A stretch of 63,759 nt of DNA, filler included, from Stramenopiles sp. TOSAG23-3 (lineage: Eukaryota), in the NCBI GenBank assembly GCA_900128585.1. It is 14 parts of 14 records of this genome, joined end to end, with 100 filler letters (N's around TTAATTAATTAA, not from the genome) between each part and the next. Parts side by side here need not be neighbours in the genome. Positions count along the whole stretch, not along the records: positions 32,260 to 38,600 come from LT643337.1; positions 38,701 to 45,036 come from LT643338.1; 12 more parts are not named here. One strand, given 5' to 3'. The position numbers and the translations under genes were made by a program. The notes beneath the pieces were generated by a model, which was not told the DNA's origin, searched no databases, and was given only the letters and a program-made list of their open reading frames with translations. Positions 32,160 through 43,062 of this stretch are shown here, piece after piece. Positions within the stretch are counted from its first letter, which is position 1. The number at the start of each line of letters is the position of its first letter.

Positions 32160-33044
32160 NNNNNNNNNNNNNNNNNNNNNNNNNNNNNNNNNNNNNNNNN
32201 NNNTTAATTAATTAANNNNNNNNNNNNNNNNNNNNNNNNNNNNNNNNNNNNNNNNNNNNAGAATAATACACACACACACACAAATGTATTAAATTTCAAA
32301 TCTCAACCAAAAACAACAGAAGAAGAATTTCAAAGAGATACTTAGCACATTGTGAGACGGAAAATAAGCATCTAAAATTCTTAACAAGTGAATATCATTG
32401 TTCCAATTTTTGGACTTGTCCACGCCGTCTCACTTTGTGCACTTCCTGAGATTTGGACCTAAAAGTTTTGATAGGTAAAGGGAAAGACTCTACAAAAAAA
32501 TTAGGCTTAATTAGTATCGAATTAGCACACGTATGTGCTGTGACCTGTAATAGTTCTTTAATCCTGACTTTTTTTGTGAACAAAGTGAGACGGGACACCC
32601 TAACGGACAATACGGTTTTCCCATGCTAGTACAATTCCTATCAAATGATGAAACGGCATCAACGCTGCAGTTATGATTTATGTAAAAAAAAATCTGCTTA
32701 TTCCAAATATCTCACGCACTCTCACATACAGTAAATCTACATCTTTTATACCACCATCACTACCGTTATGGTCACTTTCACTACATATCTGTTTCATTCT
32801 TCAACACAAGAAAGAAGAGAAAACGATACAGAAGATAATTCAATAGTGCCAGTACAAAGTTTTCTCTCGGCCAGGACCCGAGAAAATCACAAGGCTATAA
32901 CCCCGACAACAAACGCTAGTAAGTCAAGGCTACAATTGACTCAGAGATTCTCTACTCTCACTTTCGCTGCCGTTGTCGCTGCCGTTGTCGCCGCCGCCGT
33001 CACTGCCACCGTCACTGCCGCCGTGCGGCGGCTGTTTCCACACT

Positions 33045-34739
33045 ATGGACCGGCGCGTCATGGAGACGGTCTCCGCCGAAACACAGGTGACGACCGCGTA
33101 CGAGCCGACGCGCGAGCAGGCGCTTGACTCTGATACGCCCGCCGACCAAAGCACACCCGTCAGCACAACGCTCCGCGCCTTTGAAAGAGCTCGCCTGGAG
33201 GCCCTCATTAACGACAGCAATGTCAAACTCTCACGCAGCACTCGCATCCGTCTCTGCATTCTGGGGTTGCGCTGCTGCCACGGCTCGCCCGCCGTGCTCC
33301 GGGCTGAATTTGTATGCCACGCCATCCTCTTCATCATGGCGTGTTCGTATCACTTCCTTATAGCGACCACGATGAGCTACACCTGCGTACCGGCCGTCTC
33401 CAACCCGTTAATATTTATTCCCTGCCTCGTGGACCAACTCGACTTTGAATCGGCGATGCGCAGTAATGATACGCTCATCACGTCGGAGATGCAGAGTTTC
33501 GTCGACGGCTGGGAAAAAGAGAGAAAGGAGGGTACTTGGTTGTCTCAAATGGGTGCCCTTCACGACCTATTCATAGCGGCGGAAAGTGCGGACAACGGAA
33601 CTACCGTGAGGTACGCGGCCGACGGAAGAGGGAGTCAAACGCAAGAAGGCAAACTCAGCTTAGCATACGCACTCCAAGGATGGAAAGTTGGCCTTGGACT
33701 CGATGCGACGGCGCCGACAACGACAACGACGATGGATTGGCTCGCTTCGTACTACGAGATGCGCAAGTTAGGGTATGCGACAAGAGTCCAGTGGGTTGAC
33801 GGGAACGATTTTTGGGACCAGAAAAGCGCCCTAATGACCCTCCTCAACTACTTTGACCAGACGGTCCAAGCGCTAAATCGCTTCTCTGTGGTGCTGTACG
33901 TGAAATGGTTGTTTGCCAAGATGAGTCTCAAAGATCTGAATCCAACGCCAATCCTCTACTCGGTCGCGGTCGCTGACGTGGCGTCGCGGGGTGACAGCTC
34001 ACGTTGCGAGGTCCGGTCTCGAACAGATCGGATGTTATTGAAAAACATCCTGCTCGTGACTGGACCCTTGTTCGTTATCTTTGGCATTGCAGTGTACAGT
34101 TTTTTTATCCCTAACTATCCATGGAGTTCGATGATGCGCATTTTTTCCTGGGCGGCGGCGCTCGGCACCGCTCAAACTTTTGGATGCTTGCCGTTAATCT
34201 GGACAAATATTGACACTCATCTTCGGAACGTGCGAGGGACGGCATCTTTGGTGTTGAGGAACGCGCCGCCAGAAATAATTGCTAAGAACTATGCAGACAC
34301 GGTCGCATCGCTCCAGCTGTTTTGTGATTTATATAGTCCAGTCATGCTAGGCTGTATTGCGGCAGCAGGATTCGCCGCCCTGACGAACACACTATTTGTC
34401 GCTCATGGTATCATGACGGCCAAGCTCAACGAGGAAGTTCAGGTGACCCCGATTATTGTCATCAGCAGCACTGGTGTAGCTTTGATGAGTCTCTTGTGGA
34501 AAATCTCAAGAGTGCACGTGGAGCACCAGCGGCTGGCGATGCTGGTGAGCTACAGGAGGTTGAATGGTGCCCTGACAGGTCTGCACGCCCTGGCAGCACA
34601 CCGAGGCACAGTGCTTCTGTTTAAAAATACGCCACTGACACCGGCGGCAATCCGATTGGTGCCGGAAGTCATCGGGAGTGTGCTGGTGGCGGCACTGATC
34701 CCAGTGCTGGGAAGGGAACTGCAGGGAGAAGTGCAGTAG
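33045..34739 (+). CDS. Multi-pass membrane protein of unknown function
   Basis: ~565-aa ORF from ATG 33045 with about seven hydrophobic helices and a large loop after the first. Confidence 0.7.
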   Translation: MDRRVMETVSAETQVTTAYEPTREQALDSDTPADQSTPVSTTLRAFERARLEALINDSNVKLSRSTRIRLCILGLRCCHGSPAVLRAEFVCHAILFIMACSYHFLIATTMSYTCVPAVSNPLIFIPCLVDQLDFESAMRSNDTLITSEMQSFVDGWEKERKEGTWLSQMGALHDLFIAAESADNGTTVRYAADGRGSQTQEGKLSLAYALQGWKVGLGLDATAPTTTTTMDWLASYYEMRKLGYATRVQWVDGNDFWDQKSALMTLLNYFDQTVQALNRFSVVLYVKWLFAKMSLKDLNPTPILYSVAVADVASRGDSSRCEVRSRTDRMLLKNILLVTGPLFVIFGIAVYSFFIPNYPWSSMMRIFSWAAALGTAQTFGCLPLIWTNIDTHLRNVRGTASLVLRNAPPEIIAKNYADTVASLQLFCDLYSPVMLGCIAAAGFAALTNTLFVAHGIMTAKLNEEVQVTPIIVISSTGVALMSLLWKISRVHVEHQRLAMLVSYRRLNGALTGLHALAAHRGTVLLFKNTPLTPAAIRLVPEVIGSVLVAALIPVLGRELQGEVQ

Positions 34740-35194
34740 GATAGTAGGCATAAATACATTCTTATTCGTGCCATCTTTGAGATGAGGAAGGCAATAGAGA
34801 TGACACGTCACTATCGCAGCGTCGCAGCAGTGACAGGGACTGTCGCCACCGAAGTGGTGGCTGAAATCGTCGCAATCTTCGTGAGCATCAAAACGAACTG
34901 TAGCTCAATGTGAGGCACACCTCGCAGATGGCTCGCCATGCTTGGAACGCGCCAAGTACAAGCACGACGGTACGGTTGTACAGTGTATGCGGCATTCACC
35001 ATCCGAAAGGAAAGTCCGCGACACCGCTCGACGTTCTGCAAACAATACTCCGTCCGCCATACAAATACAGCCGTACGCGTGGTATGACGTAGTGTGAGAT
35101 ATAGACCTAAACGCGACTTCCATCACAGCTGGCTGCCGTAGCGGGGACCATAACGCAGCAAGGGGCTTTGCGGGATTCCAAAGTTGCCAAGATC

Positions 35195-35710
35195 ATGTCT
35201 GTTGTTGGAATGGTGTCCCTCGTCATTAGCTTTATACTGATGGGAGTGGCGGGCGACACTTTCTACGTATTTGTAAATGCGGACGAGGTTGCAGCCGGTG
35301 ATAGGAAGTTCACAAACGCCGCAGGAGGGTACTGTACTGCCAAACACTCGTTTGCAGCGGCGAAAGCTGTTGACGCAAAGTATACGCAAGCAATGTACTG
35401 CTCCGTTTTCAAAAAAGATCTGAATGCGTTGGTGTTTACACCGGAAGATTCCACGGCGTGCACAAGGGCAGTGGCCCAGTACAAGTCTGTCCATGGGAAT
35501 TCGACCGATTGCAGATGCTCCAACATGCTTGATTTGGATCCATGGCCAGAGGCAGTAACCTTTGCGTCATGGATCAACGTCACACAAATTAGTAACTTGG
35601 TGGCGGCAGTTGCCATTGCCCTTGAAATTATTACAACTTTAGTATCTTCGTTCATTGCCAAAGGAAAAGGGGGCGGCGGCAGCAATGCTAAAGTAGTCCC
35701 AGAGGCGTAA
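35195..35710 (+). CDS. Small two-TM protein with Cys-rich loop
   Basis: Hydrophobic N- and C-terminal helices flank a loop with five Cys; ends ...AKVVPEA. Confidence 0.55.
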   Translation: MSVVGMVSLVISFILMGVAGDTFYVFVNADEVAAGDRKFTNAAGGYCTAKHSFAAAKAVDAKYTQAMYCSVFKKDLNALVFTPEDSTACTRAVAQYKSVHGNSTDCRCSNMLDLDPWPEAVTFASWINVTQISNLVAAVAIALEIITTLVSSFIAKGKGGGGSNAKVVPEA

Positions 35711-35760
35711 ATGTTTGCTCCTCGTCAATATCCGCAGAGAAAGAAAAAAAAGAGTAATAC

Positions 35761-35800
35761 AAAAAATTATATAGTAATCATGATTACTATATAATTTTTT
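35761..35800. repeat. Perfect 40-bp palindrome
   Basis: AAAAAATTATATAGTAATCA|TGATTACTATATAATTTTTT. Confidence 0.9.
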
Positions 35801-36169
35801 TCATATTTTAAATTATTATTATTTAATACTTCTTCTTTTTTTTACCTGGTGGTGGTACCTACACTGTGGGTAGTTATAAAAAATATAATAATATAATAAC
35901 AACAGCAGGCAGCAAATATTCCGCCGTTGTTTGTTGTTTGTTGTTGACGACGGATGACGGACTGCACAAAAACAACATGATGATGAGTTAGTAGTAGTAT
36001 CATTTTGTTTCCATTTTGTTCCTCAATCGCATGCATTTTGGCAATGCAACACTTGGTGTTCAATAGTATGAAGTTACAAACCAAAACTTGCAAGGGTACA
36101 TGCACATTTGATTTTTTAGAGGGGGAAGAAGGCAAAGAGCTAGACACGTTTTTGTTTAGTTTTTTGGGA

Positions 36170-37120
36170 ATGGCAAGTCTCTCGCGCCTTCCCACATTTG
36201 TGACTTTCATCACTACCAATCGTTACGCCGAGGGGGCGATTTGCCTTGCCCAGTCTTTGCTGCTCTATGGCGTTTCAACCCCGGTGCTCTTGATCCAGGC
36301 AACACCTCCCGTGCTGCCGACATTAAAACGCCTTGCAGAGCGTGACCTGCCGCCTGGCAGCGTTGAAATTGCTAACATTTTTGAAACGCGGGAAGGGGAC
36401 GACTCTTCGCCCTCGACCGACGTGCTGGTGACGACCGACGTCCCAGAGAACGAAAACACGCACAACGGCGCCGGTGCGCGTCTTGAATTTGATTCCCCTC
36501 GAAGGCAGCTTTTCGCGGCAGGGACCCCGTTCATTTATTTAGATGCCGACCTGCTGTGCGTGTCCCCACCTATGGACGCGCTGGCCGACGTCTTTGCCCA
36601 GCTGAAGAAAGACGCCGGGGCCCGTTTTTCCATCGGGGCCTGCCCGGCGTTTCGGTTGAAGAAGAAACAGTACGGTTCCGCGGACAAGGGGTTCAACGCG
36701 GGGGTCATTGTCTGCTCCCAGGGCATAAAGCGGGAAGAGAACGATAGAATCATGAGTGAAATTGAGAGAACCGCGGAAGAGGCAGCGCGCACGGGGAAAC
36801 CGTCAGACACGACGGAGGAGAGGATCCTCAGCCAAGTTTTTAAAGATCGATGGCTGCCGATGGATGCAAAATTTAACCTGATCAAACGGGTGTGGAAGCA
36901 CGCGCCGGCGCTGTGGACGGAACTGAAAGGCCGGGCCGTCTTTCTGCACTACATGGGCGCAAAGCCGTGGATGCTGACGGAGAAAGAGAAGCAGCAGGCG
37001 GACTGGGACTACGATGGGTACGATATCTTGGAGAATATCTGGCACAAGGTTCGGCGAAACGAGTTCAAAAGCGGCGACGAGCTCACAGAGGCGTTCCGCA
37101 GCTTGGCGGGAGCGCAGTAG
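36170..37120 (+). CDS. Glycosyltransferase family 8 (glycogenin/galactinol synthase-like)
   Basis: FVTFITTNRYAEGAICLAQSL, YLDADLL (DxD), FNAGV, LHYMGAKPW. Confidence 0.85.
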   Translation: MASLSRLPTFVTFITTNRYAEGAICLAQSLLLYGVSTPVLLIQATPPVLPTLKRLAERDLPPGSVEIANIFETREGDDSSPSTDVLVTTDVPENENTHNGAGARLEFDSPRRQLFAAGTPFIYLDADLLCVSPPMDALADVFAQLKKDAGARFSIGACPAFRLKKKQYGSADKGFNAGVIVCSQGIKREENDRIMSEIERTAEEAARTGKPSDTTEERILSQVFKDRWLPMDAKFNLIKRVWKHAPALWTELKGRAVFLHYMGAKPWMLTEKEKQQADWDYDGYDILENIWHKVRRNEFKSGDELTEAFRSLAGAQ

Positions 37121-37355
37121 TGGAGTTTCTATGCGTGTGTGAGTGACAGACACACAGGTTGCAGCTGTATTATACAAATTTTATTATAACTTCTTAAGTT
37201 TATTTAAATTAAACCGTGTGCATCTTGTATAGACTGGTTGTACAACTATAATCTTGCCGTGTATACATCTGCAATAAGATTTTTACGAGAGTAATACAGG
37301 AACTTAAAATCTAACGCACTTTAAAAAGTGGCAAGCTATAAATTCTTAATTTTCA

Positions 37356-37982
37356 TCATATCTTACAAGAATTATCCAGCCAGTTCAGCGCGGGGGGGGG
37401 AATCTTCGAGTTGGCCTGGAGCGACATGAAATTTCTAGGGGCTTCGTTCTCCCGTGCAAACATCTCTTTGCGCTTCAACGGTGTCAAAAACTCGTCCCTC
37501 TCTTTCAGCAGGGCGTCGTCTCCATCTGTACTATTAGTCGAATTTCGGATGGAATCCTCTGCAGCTCTACGGATTGCCCGGGCGGTCAGTTTTTGGAACG
37601 TCGACTTGACCATGTCCTTGACGCAGGTGTCGAACTCGCTCTTGCAGGCCTCGACGTCTACGAGCATGGTGGTTTCGCAGAGCACCTTGTCCGTCTTGTC
37701 GATCCCCGGTGCGACCACCGGGGCCGGGAGCTTTGTCGGCAGCTCCGCGAACGCCGTCACCCTGTTGTGTTGTTCCCGTTCCAGGAACGTCTCTAACCGT
37801 TTGTTCTCCACGAGGAGCCGTCGGTTCTCTTCCTTCAGTTTGTCTTGAAGGACCAAGCGCCGGAGGGGGGGGCGATTACCGTCCACCGCAACGGCCTGGG
37901 CCGGGACAAAAACTACAGAGGACAAGAGAAACAAAACAAAAACGCAGCAAGGGCTGGCTGGACGGGCAAAGGGGTGCACCAT
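37356..37982 (-). CDS. Secreted hypothetical protein with coiled coil
   Basis: Signal-peptide-like VFVLFLLSSVVFVPAQA; GC-rich ORF of ~208 aa. Confidence 0.55.
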   Translation of the reverse strand: MVHPFARPASPCCVFVLFLLSSVVFVPAQAVAVDGNRPPLRRLVLQDKLKEENRRLLVENKRLETFLEREQHNRVTAFAELPTKLPAPVVAPGIDKTDKVLCETTMLVDVEACKSEFDTCVKDMVKSTFQKLTARAIRRAAEDSIRNSTNSTDGDDALLKERDEFLTPLKRKEMFARENEAPRNFMSLQANSKIPPPALNWLDNSCKI

Positions 37983-38339
37983 GCTCTGATATGATACGGT
38001 TATATATTCAAACAACTAAAAAAACCAAAACAAAAGCGAAGAAAGGGCGTGTTCTACTACTTCCACAAGGACTCACTAAAGGAATATTGCCAGCGAGCGA
38101 GTATAAATAAATAGTACGATACGCTGTGTATATATATTCTACCACCAAACAGTTAATCAAACACCCGCACGAAGTTTAAAACAAAGAAGCAAATCTTCTA
38201 CTGCTACATTCAAAGAAGTCAAACAGAAACAACTCTTAATAGTTTGTGACACTTTTCACGTTCGTGTAAATTACTTAAATTCTTCTTCGTCGTCGTTTTC
38301 CTCCTCATCCTCCTCCTTTTTCATCATCACTAATTGTTG

Positions 38340-38600
38340 TTGCTTCTTTCTTTCTCTTTCTCTTTCTCTTTCTCTTTCTCTTTCTTCTTCTTCTTTCTTC
38401 TTCTTCTTCTTTATCTTCTTCTTCTTCTTCTTCTTTCTTCTTTCTTCTTCTTCTTCTTCTTCTTCTTCTTCTTCTTCTTTCTTCTTCTTCTTCTTCTTCT
38501 TCTTTCTTCTTCTTCTTCTTTTTCTCCTTCTTCTTCTCCTTCTTCTTTTCTTCTTCTTCTTCTTCTTCTTCTTCTTCTTCTTCTTCTTCTTCTTCTTCTT
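38340..38600. repeat. (CTT)n microsatellite at contig end
   Basis: Directly visible simple repeat. Confidence 0.9.
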
Positions 38601-39204
38601 NNNNNNNNNNNNNNNNNNNNNNNNNNNNNNNNNNNNNNNNNNNNTTAATTAATTAANNNNNNNNNNNNNNNNNNNNNNNNNNNNNNNNNNNNNNNNNNNN
38701 TAATACTCATAGTATGTAAACATTAACATGTCTGATAAATACATCACATAACATAGAATAATGAATGGTGAGGACTTTTGTCTCCTCGTGTTGCTTCATT
38801 TATATGCTATGTCATTGTATATTATATATAATATTATATTTTAGACGAATATAATCGACTGAGTTGACACCTTGTATTATTAAATACCAGGATTGAATAC
38901 GACGTAGTACATTGTATCTACACAGCATGGACGACAACTCCACCCGGACTACCGTACCATAAACGGCAAAACCTTCTTTATTTTTCTAAATAATTTTTAA
39001 ATTATAGTATAGTATATACATTGTATTCTAATCTTTCTATCAAATCATCTTCTTCCGACGAATGATGAGGGAGGATGAGGAGAGGAGAAGATGATGAGAA
39101 AAGAAGAAGAAGGAGAGGAATCATTTCTTATTTTTTTCCATGAAAAGAAGAAAGTCTCCGCCCCGGTGATAGTTATTTGTTCAGTCCAACTGAAGCTTAA
39201 ACCA

Positions 39205-40230
39205 TTAGTTGTCTTCTACGCCTTTGGCTGAAAGCTGAATCTGCGCGTCACCTTCTGGCATTTCTGGCGAATCGATCAGTTTCACGATCCGGCTGTTTTC
39301 TCGACCTTTTTTCATTAGTATTCGAGTTTGGCACGCGTGCGCGACAATGTTTCCCCCAACCGGCTTCTGCGAGCAGGCGGCGATCATCGCTCCAGGGTCG
39401 GCTGTCATTTGGTTCGTAACGACGACGGCAATGTTAAACTCATCGGCTATCCTCTGTAAATCGTGAAGATGTCTCCCTAGCAGCTGCTGTCGGATCGAAA
39501 GCTCTCCTCGTCCACTAAACTCGACTCTGAACAGACTCATCAACGAATCGATGATCACAAGTTTTATAGGCTCGGGCGGCTGCTGCGTCAGCAAGGCGGC
39601 TATTTGCTGCGGAGCAAGCATCTGCTCGTCGTGGGTCATCACACGCTTGAACAGCACGTTTTCAACTATCTGATCTGGCTCAAACCCGTAAGCGGTTGCA
39701 ATTTCTATCAAACGTTCAGGTCGAAATGTACCCTCTGTGTCGATGAAGACTACCTTCCCCTCCGCTCCCCCCTCGCTCCGTGGCATTTGGGTCGTTACGC
39801 ATAGCGTGTGGCACAACTGGCTTTTTCCCGTACGAAATTCGCCGTGGATTTCTGTGATCGATTTTGATTGAAATCCTCCTCCTAAAAGCTCGTTCAAAGC
39901 GGTGGCACCAGAATTTATTTTAAGAATGCACTTTCGGGAATCAAGGGCTTCTGTTGCTGACATGAACCCGGACGGCTGAAGCTTCTTGCAGCAGTCGATG
40001 AGCTTTTGGACTTTGGCTTCGCTGAATCCTTTGATGTTCTCCAAGTGCTTAGCAGGCGTTGAGAGTACCATGCCCACGGTTCCTATGTTTGCTGCGTGCA
40101 GCTTTGTAATGTCTGACATGTTTATTCCTAAATTCTGCAGTTCGTCTACGGATTTTATGACATGTTCTTCGGATTCTCCATGTTGATTCTCTGCTGAGTT
40201 CAGGCGACGAGTTGATTGCGAGACGGACAT
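39205..40230 (-). CDS. DMC1: Meiotic recombinase DMC1
   Basis: GEFRTGKSQLCHTLCV, IDTEGTFRPER. FRVEFSGRGEL..RQQ and TNQMTADPGA are DMC1-type rather than RAD51 (YRTDY..RQMHL, TNQVVA). Confidence 0.88.
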   Translation of the reverse strand: MSVSQSTRRLNSAENQHGESEEHVIKSVDELQNLGINMSDITKLHAANIGTVGMVLSTPAKHLENIKGFSEAKVQKLIDCCKKLQPSGFMSATEALDSRKCILKINSGATALNELLGGGFQSKSITEIHGEFRTGKSQLCHTLCVTTQMPRSEGGAEGKVVFIDTEGTFRPERLIEIATAYGFEPDQIVENVLFKRVMTHDEQMLAPQQIAALLTQQPPEPIKLVIIDSLMSLFRVEFSGRGELSIRQQLLGRHLHDLQRIADEFNIAVVVTNQMTADPGAMIAACSQKPVGGNIVAHACQTRILMKKGRENSRIVKLIDSPEMPEGDAQIQLSAKGVEDN

Positions 40231-40831
40231 CCTTCGGTTCGCTGATTCGGGGAAGATGATGTTTGGGGCGCGTTTGTCTTTTGTCGTTTTTTTAGTTTAA
40301 TTTCGTTGGTTCGGTGTAAAGGCGGGGTATAATTTTTATAAGTTGGCATACGTTTTAAAAGTAATTGTTTAAAATTAATTAAAACCCCATTGACTATATT
40401 ATATTGATATTTATTTTGTTCATACATGAAACACATGAATGGTAACCGGCGTACCGCGGGTGGTGAGTAAACAAATTATTATTTTTTTTCATCATCATCA
40501 ATGATGATGCTTATAAGAAAAAAGAAGAAATAATAATAATAAATAAATAATGTGCGTGTTTTGCTATCCCCATGCTATTAATATGAAGTTTTGTATTTTC
40601 TTCCAAAAAAAAATGAAGAAATAAATAAAAAATAAGAAGAAGAAGAAAAGAAGGAAAAAAAGAAGAAAGAAAAGAAGTTTTTTCATCATCCACACCATTA
40701 TATTCCTATGCTGTGTAAAGATAAGTAGTCTAATTTGTATTGAAATAAAAATTAAACATTCTATTACGTATACACAGCATACATTTCAAAAATGATGATT
40801 GATTGATTGATAAATTAACCCAAAGAAAGAA

Positions 40832-40888
40832 NNNNNNNNNNNNNNNNNNNNNNNNNNNNNNNNNNNNNNNNNNNNNNNNNNNNNNNNN
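40832..40888. other. Internal scaffold gap (no TTAATTAATTAA linker)
   Basis: 57 N without the concatenation linker, so it lies within one scaffold. Confidence 0.85.
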
Positions 40889-41152
40889 TTTTGTTATTAT
40901 TTTCATCACCACATCAAAAAAAGAGTCGTCTTCTATTTTTGTTCCTCCTTTCATGCGTGATGATGGTTTACATTTGAAAGAAGATTGATACGATTTAAAT
41001 GATAAAAAGTTGGAAAAAACGAAAAATTATGGAAGCAAGAAAAACTTGCGTTGAGTTATCGATAAATTAGTTTACTGTTCATTCAACTTAACCGCGTTTT
41101 AAAGGTTTTCTGTTCACGCCAGGGAGTGTATTGTATCTGTATCTATCGAGAG

Positions 41153-42355
41153 ATGTCGAACGGTTTGGTTGCATCAATGAATGCCATGCGGGGTGATCAA
41201 GGACTCAATACCGTACTATCACGGTCGGGGCAAATCGCGGAGCAGAATTTTACAGGACAACAAACCGAGGATGAATCGAAACGAATGGACAAACAGATAC
41301 TCCTGTCGCGCCTTTCTAATGCAATTGATACTCTGAAATGCTTGCTGGAAGAGAGACTACGGGGTCGCCGGGTTGCGTTCAGCGAGTGCTTCTCCCTCGC
41401 GCCCTTCGCTAACAGTACCCCTCGCGGCCGCGGTAAGATTGAACGAGTTCTCTACGTGCTTCACCGTTCGGTTGGCCTGATAAGGCGGGGTGAGTTTATT
41501 TCGCTGCGACAATTATATTATGAGTCAGAACTATTCCGCTCGCAAAGAATTAGCGACGATGCCGTTGTCCTGGCGTGTGCGTTCGTGGGTCTTCCTAGAT
41601 ACAAACTGGGATTTCTGGCCAGTCATTCTGGGTATTTGTTCGGTGGTTCGCCGCAAACGAGGGACTCCGACGGCGTGTACCATGGGCTATATTACCGCAC
41701 ACAACTGAATCCTGCATGGAAACTGATTAAACAACCCTTGGAAATAAATGATGAGTTTGCGTTTGCAGACGGCCTTGAATTCAAAAGTACGAGACCAATT
41801 CGTTCAATCGTTGTAGTCGAGAAGGAGACGATTTTTCGACAGCTTCGCACAGAGCTCTTTTGCGAAAAGACCTCTTCGATTATCATAACGGGGGGGGGTC
41901 AGCCAAGCGTTGCCGCGCGTGCGTGTTTGTTCTACATCCGGAGAGACGTTCCGCGAATTGCCGGTACGTTCGGTGTGTGCGATTACAACCCTTCTGGTTT
42001 TTATATAATGCAATCGTGGATGTATTCCACGCCGATTTGGAACGAATTGGCAAAATTGGAAGATTACAAATTATCGTGTGTGACTCTGAAAGTCATAGGA
42101 TTGCGTGCTCGCCACGTTAGGGAAAACGATAGGCGAAGGCCGCACGCCGTGGTAAAGAAAAAGTTTACAGATCTAGATCGTAGCAAAATGCGAAAATTAA
42201 AGGAAAGGCTCACAAAGAAAGGCAAAGTTGACTTCGTGCGAGAAATAGAACTAATGGAGCAGTACGGCCACAGTATCGAACTCGACCACATCAACTACAT
42301 CACGCTGGCATGTTTAATTCAGCAAGCAATTTTGCGAAAACAATATTTGCTGTGA
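41153..42355 (+). CDS. SPO11: SPO11 / topoisomerase VI A family protein (SPO11-2-like DxN)
   Basis: SLRQLYY (catalytic Tyr), FRSQ, LPRYKLG, IVVVEKETIF, IITGGGQP, CDYNPSG, IELD. Confidence 0.88.
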   Translation: MSNGLVASMNAMRGDQGLNTVLSRSGQIAEQNFTGQQTEDESKRMDKQILLSRLSNAIDTLKCLLEERLRGRRVAFSECFSLAPFANSTPRGRGKIERVLYVLHRSVGLIRRGEFISLRQLYYESELFRSQRISDDAVVLACAFVGLPRYKLGFLASHSGYLFGGSPQTRDSDGVYHGLYYRTQLNPAWKLIKQPLEINDEFAFADGLEFKSTRPIRSIVVVEKETIFRQLRTELFCEKTSSIIITGGGQPSVAARACLFYIRRDVPRIAGTFGVCDYNPSGFYIMQSWMYSTPIWNELAKLEDYKLSCVTLKVIGLRARHVRENDRRRPHAVVKKKFTDLDRSKMRKLKERLTKKGKVDFVREIELMEQYGHSIELDHINYITLACLIQQAILRKQYLL

Positions 42356-42534
42356 GTTTTTCTCAAGAAAAAGCGATTAAAAAAGTGGTTATGATTGGTT
42401 AACACTTTTTTGAGTTTTATGTATTTCTTTACGCTAACTTTTTGTTCCTTTTTCGTGGGTTTTCGGCCCCATCCTCCACTCCATCTTTTTCCACGTCGTC
42501 AAACTTTCGTTTCTTCGACGATCTGTGTACTACT

Positions 42535-43062
42535 TTACTTGTCGGGGAACGCTAGCATCGTTGCATCAGTTGTATGAATATCATTGAGCCCCAGCCCTCT
42601 ATCAAAATCTGAAACATTGTCCGCCGCACATAGTATCCAACAGACAGTGTACAAAAAATGCTTCAGGCCTCGGTCTTTGAAAGCTGCGAGCTTTAGATCT
42701 ATTTGTGCAAATATCGACATGTTCTTAAAAATTTCAAAAGAAGAGCTCGCCGTAGAGTCAAGGTCTTCCTGGGCTCCGTGCACAACGACAAAATTTGTCT
42801 CGAACGTCTCTTCGGAAACTATTATATTTCCTTTTAACCTCTGCCCACATTTTATTGAGAAAAGAACATTACGCCCTGGGTGTTCTTTGACAGTGCAAGA
42901 AATTGCCTGTAGGGGGGCTGCATTTTCTGAATTTTCCTCCAAAACTTGCTTCAACCTGTCCAGGGAGGCGCGATTGAACGGCCCGGACGTGTCTCCGTGG
43001 CCCAGCATCTTCTGGGCTATTGACGTAAACGCGCGGCTCTCAGCACCATTCCGTTCCTTCAT
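42535..43062 (-). CDS. Hypothetical protein, weakly similar to Mediator MED27 C-terminal region; 5' end uncertain
   Basis: VVVHGAQED...SSFEIFKNMSIFA loosely recalls the MED27 G..E...S.Y.VF.K.T..A pattern. Confidence 0.4.
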   Translation of the reverse strand: MKERNGAESRAFTSIAQKMLGHGDTSGPFNRASLDRLKQVLEENSENAAPLQAISCTVKEHPGRNVLFSIKCGQRLKGNIIVSEETFETNFVVVHGAQEDLDSTASSSFEIFKNMSIFAQIDLKLAAFKDRGLKHFLYTVCWILCAADNVSDFDRGLGLNDIHTTDATMLAFPDK

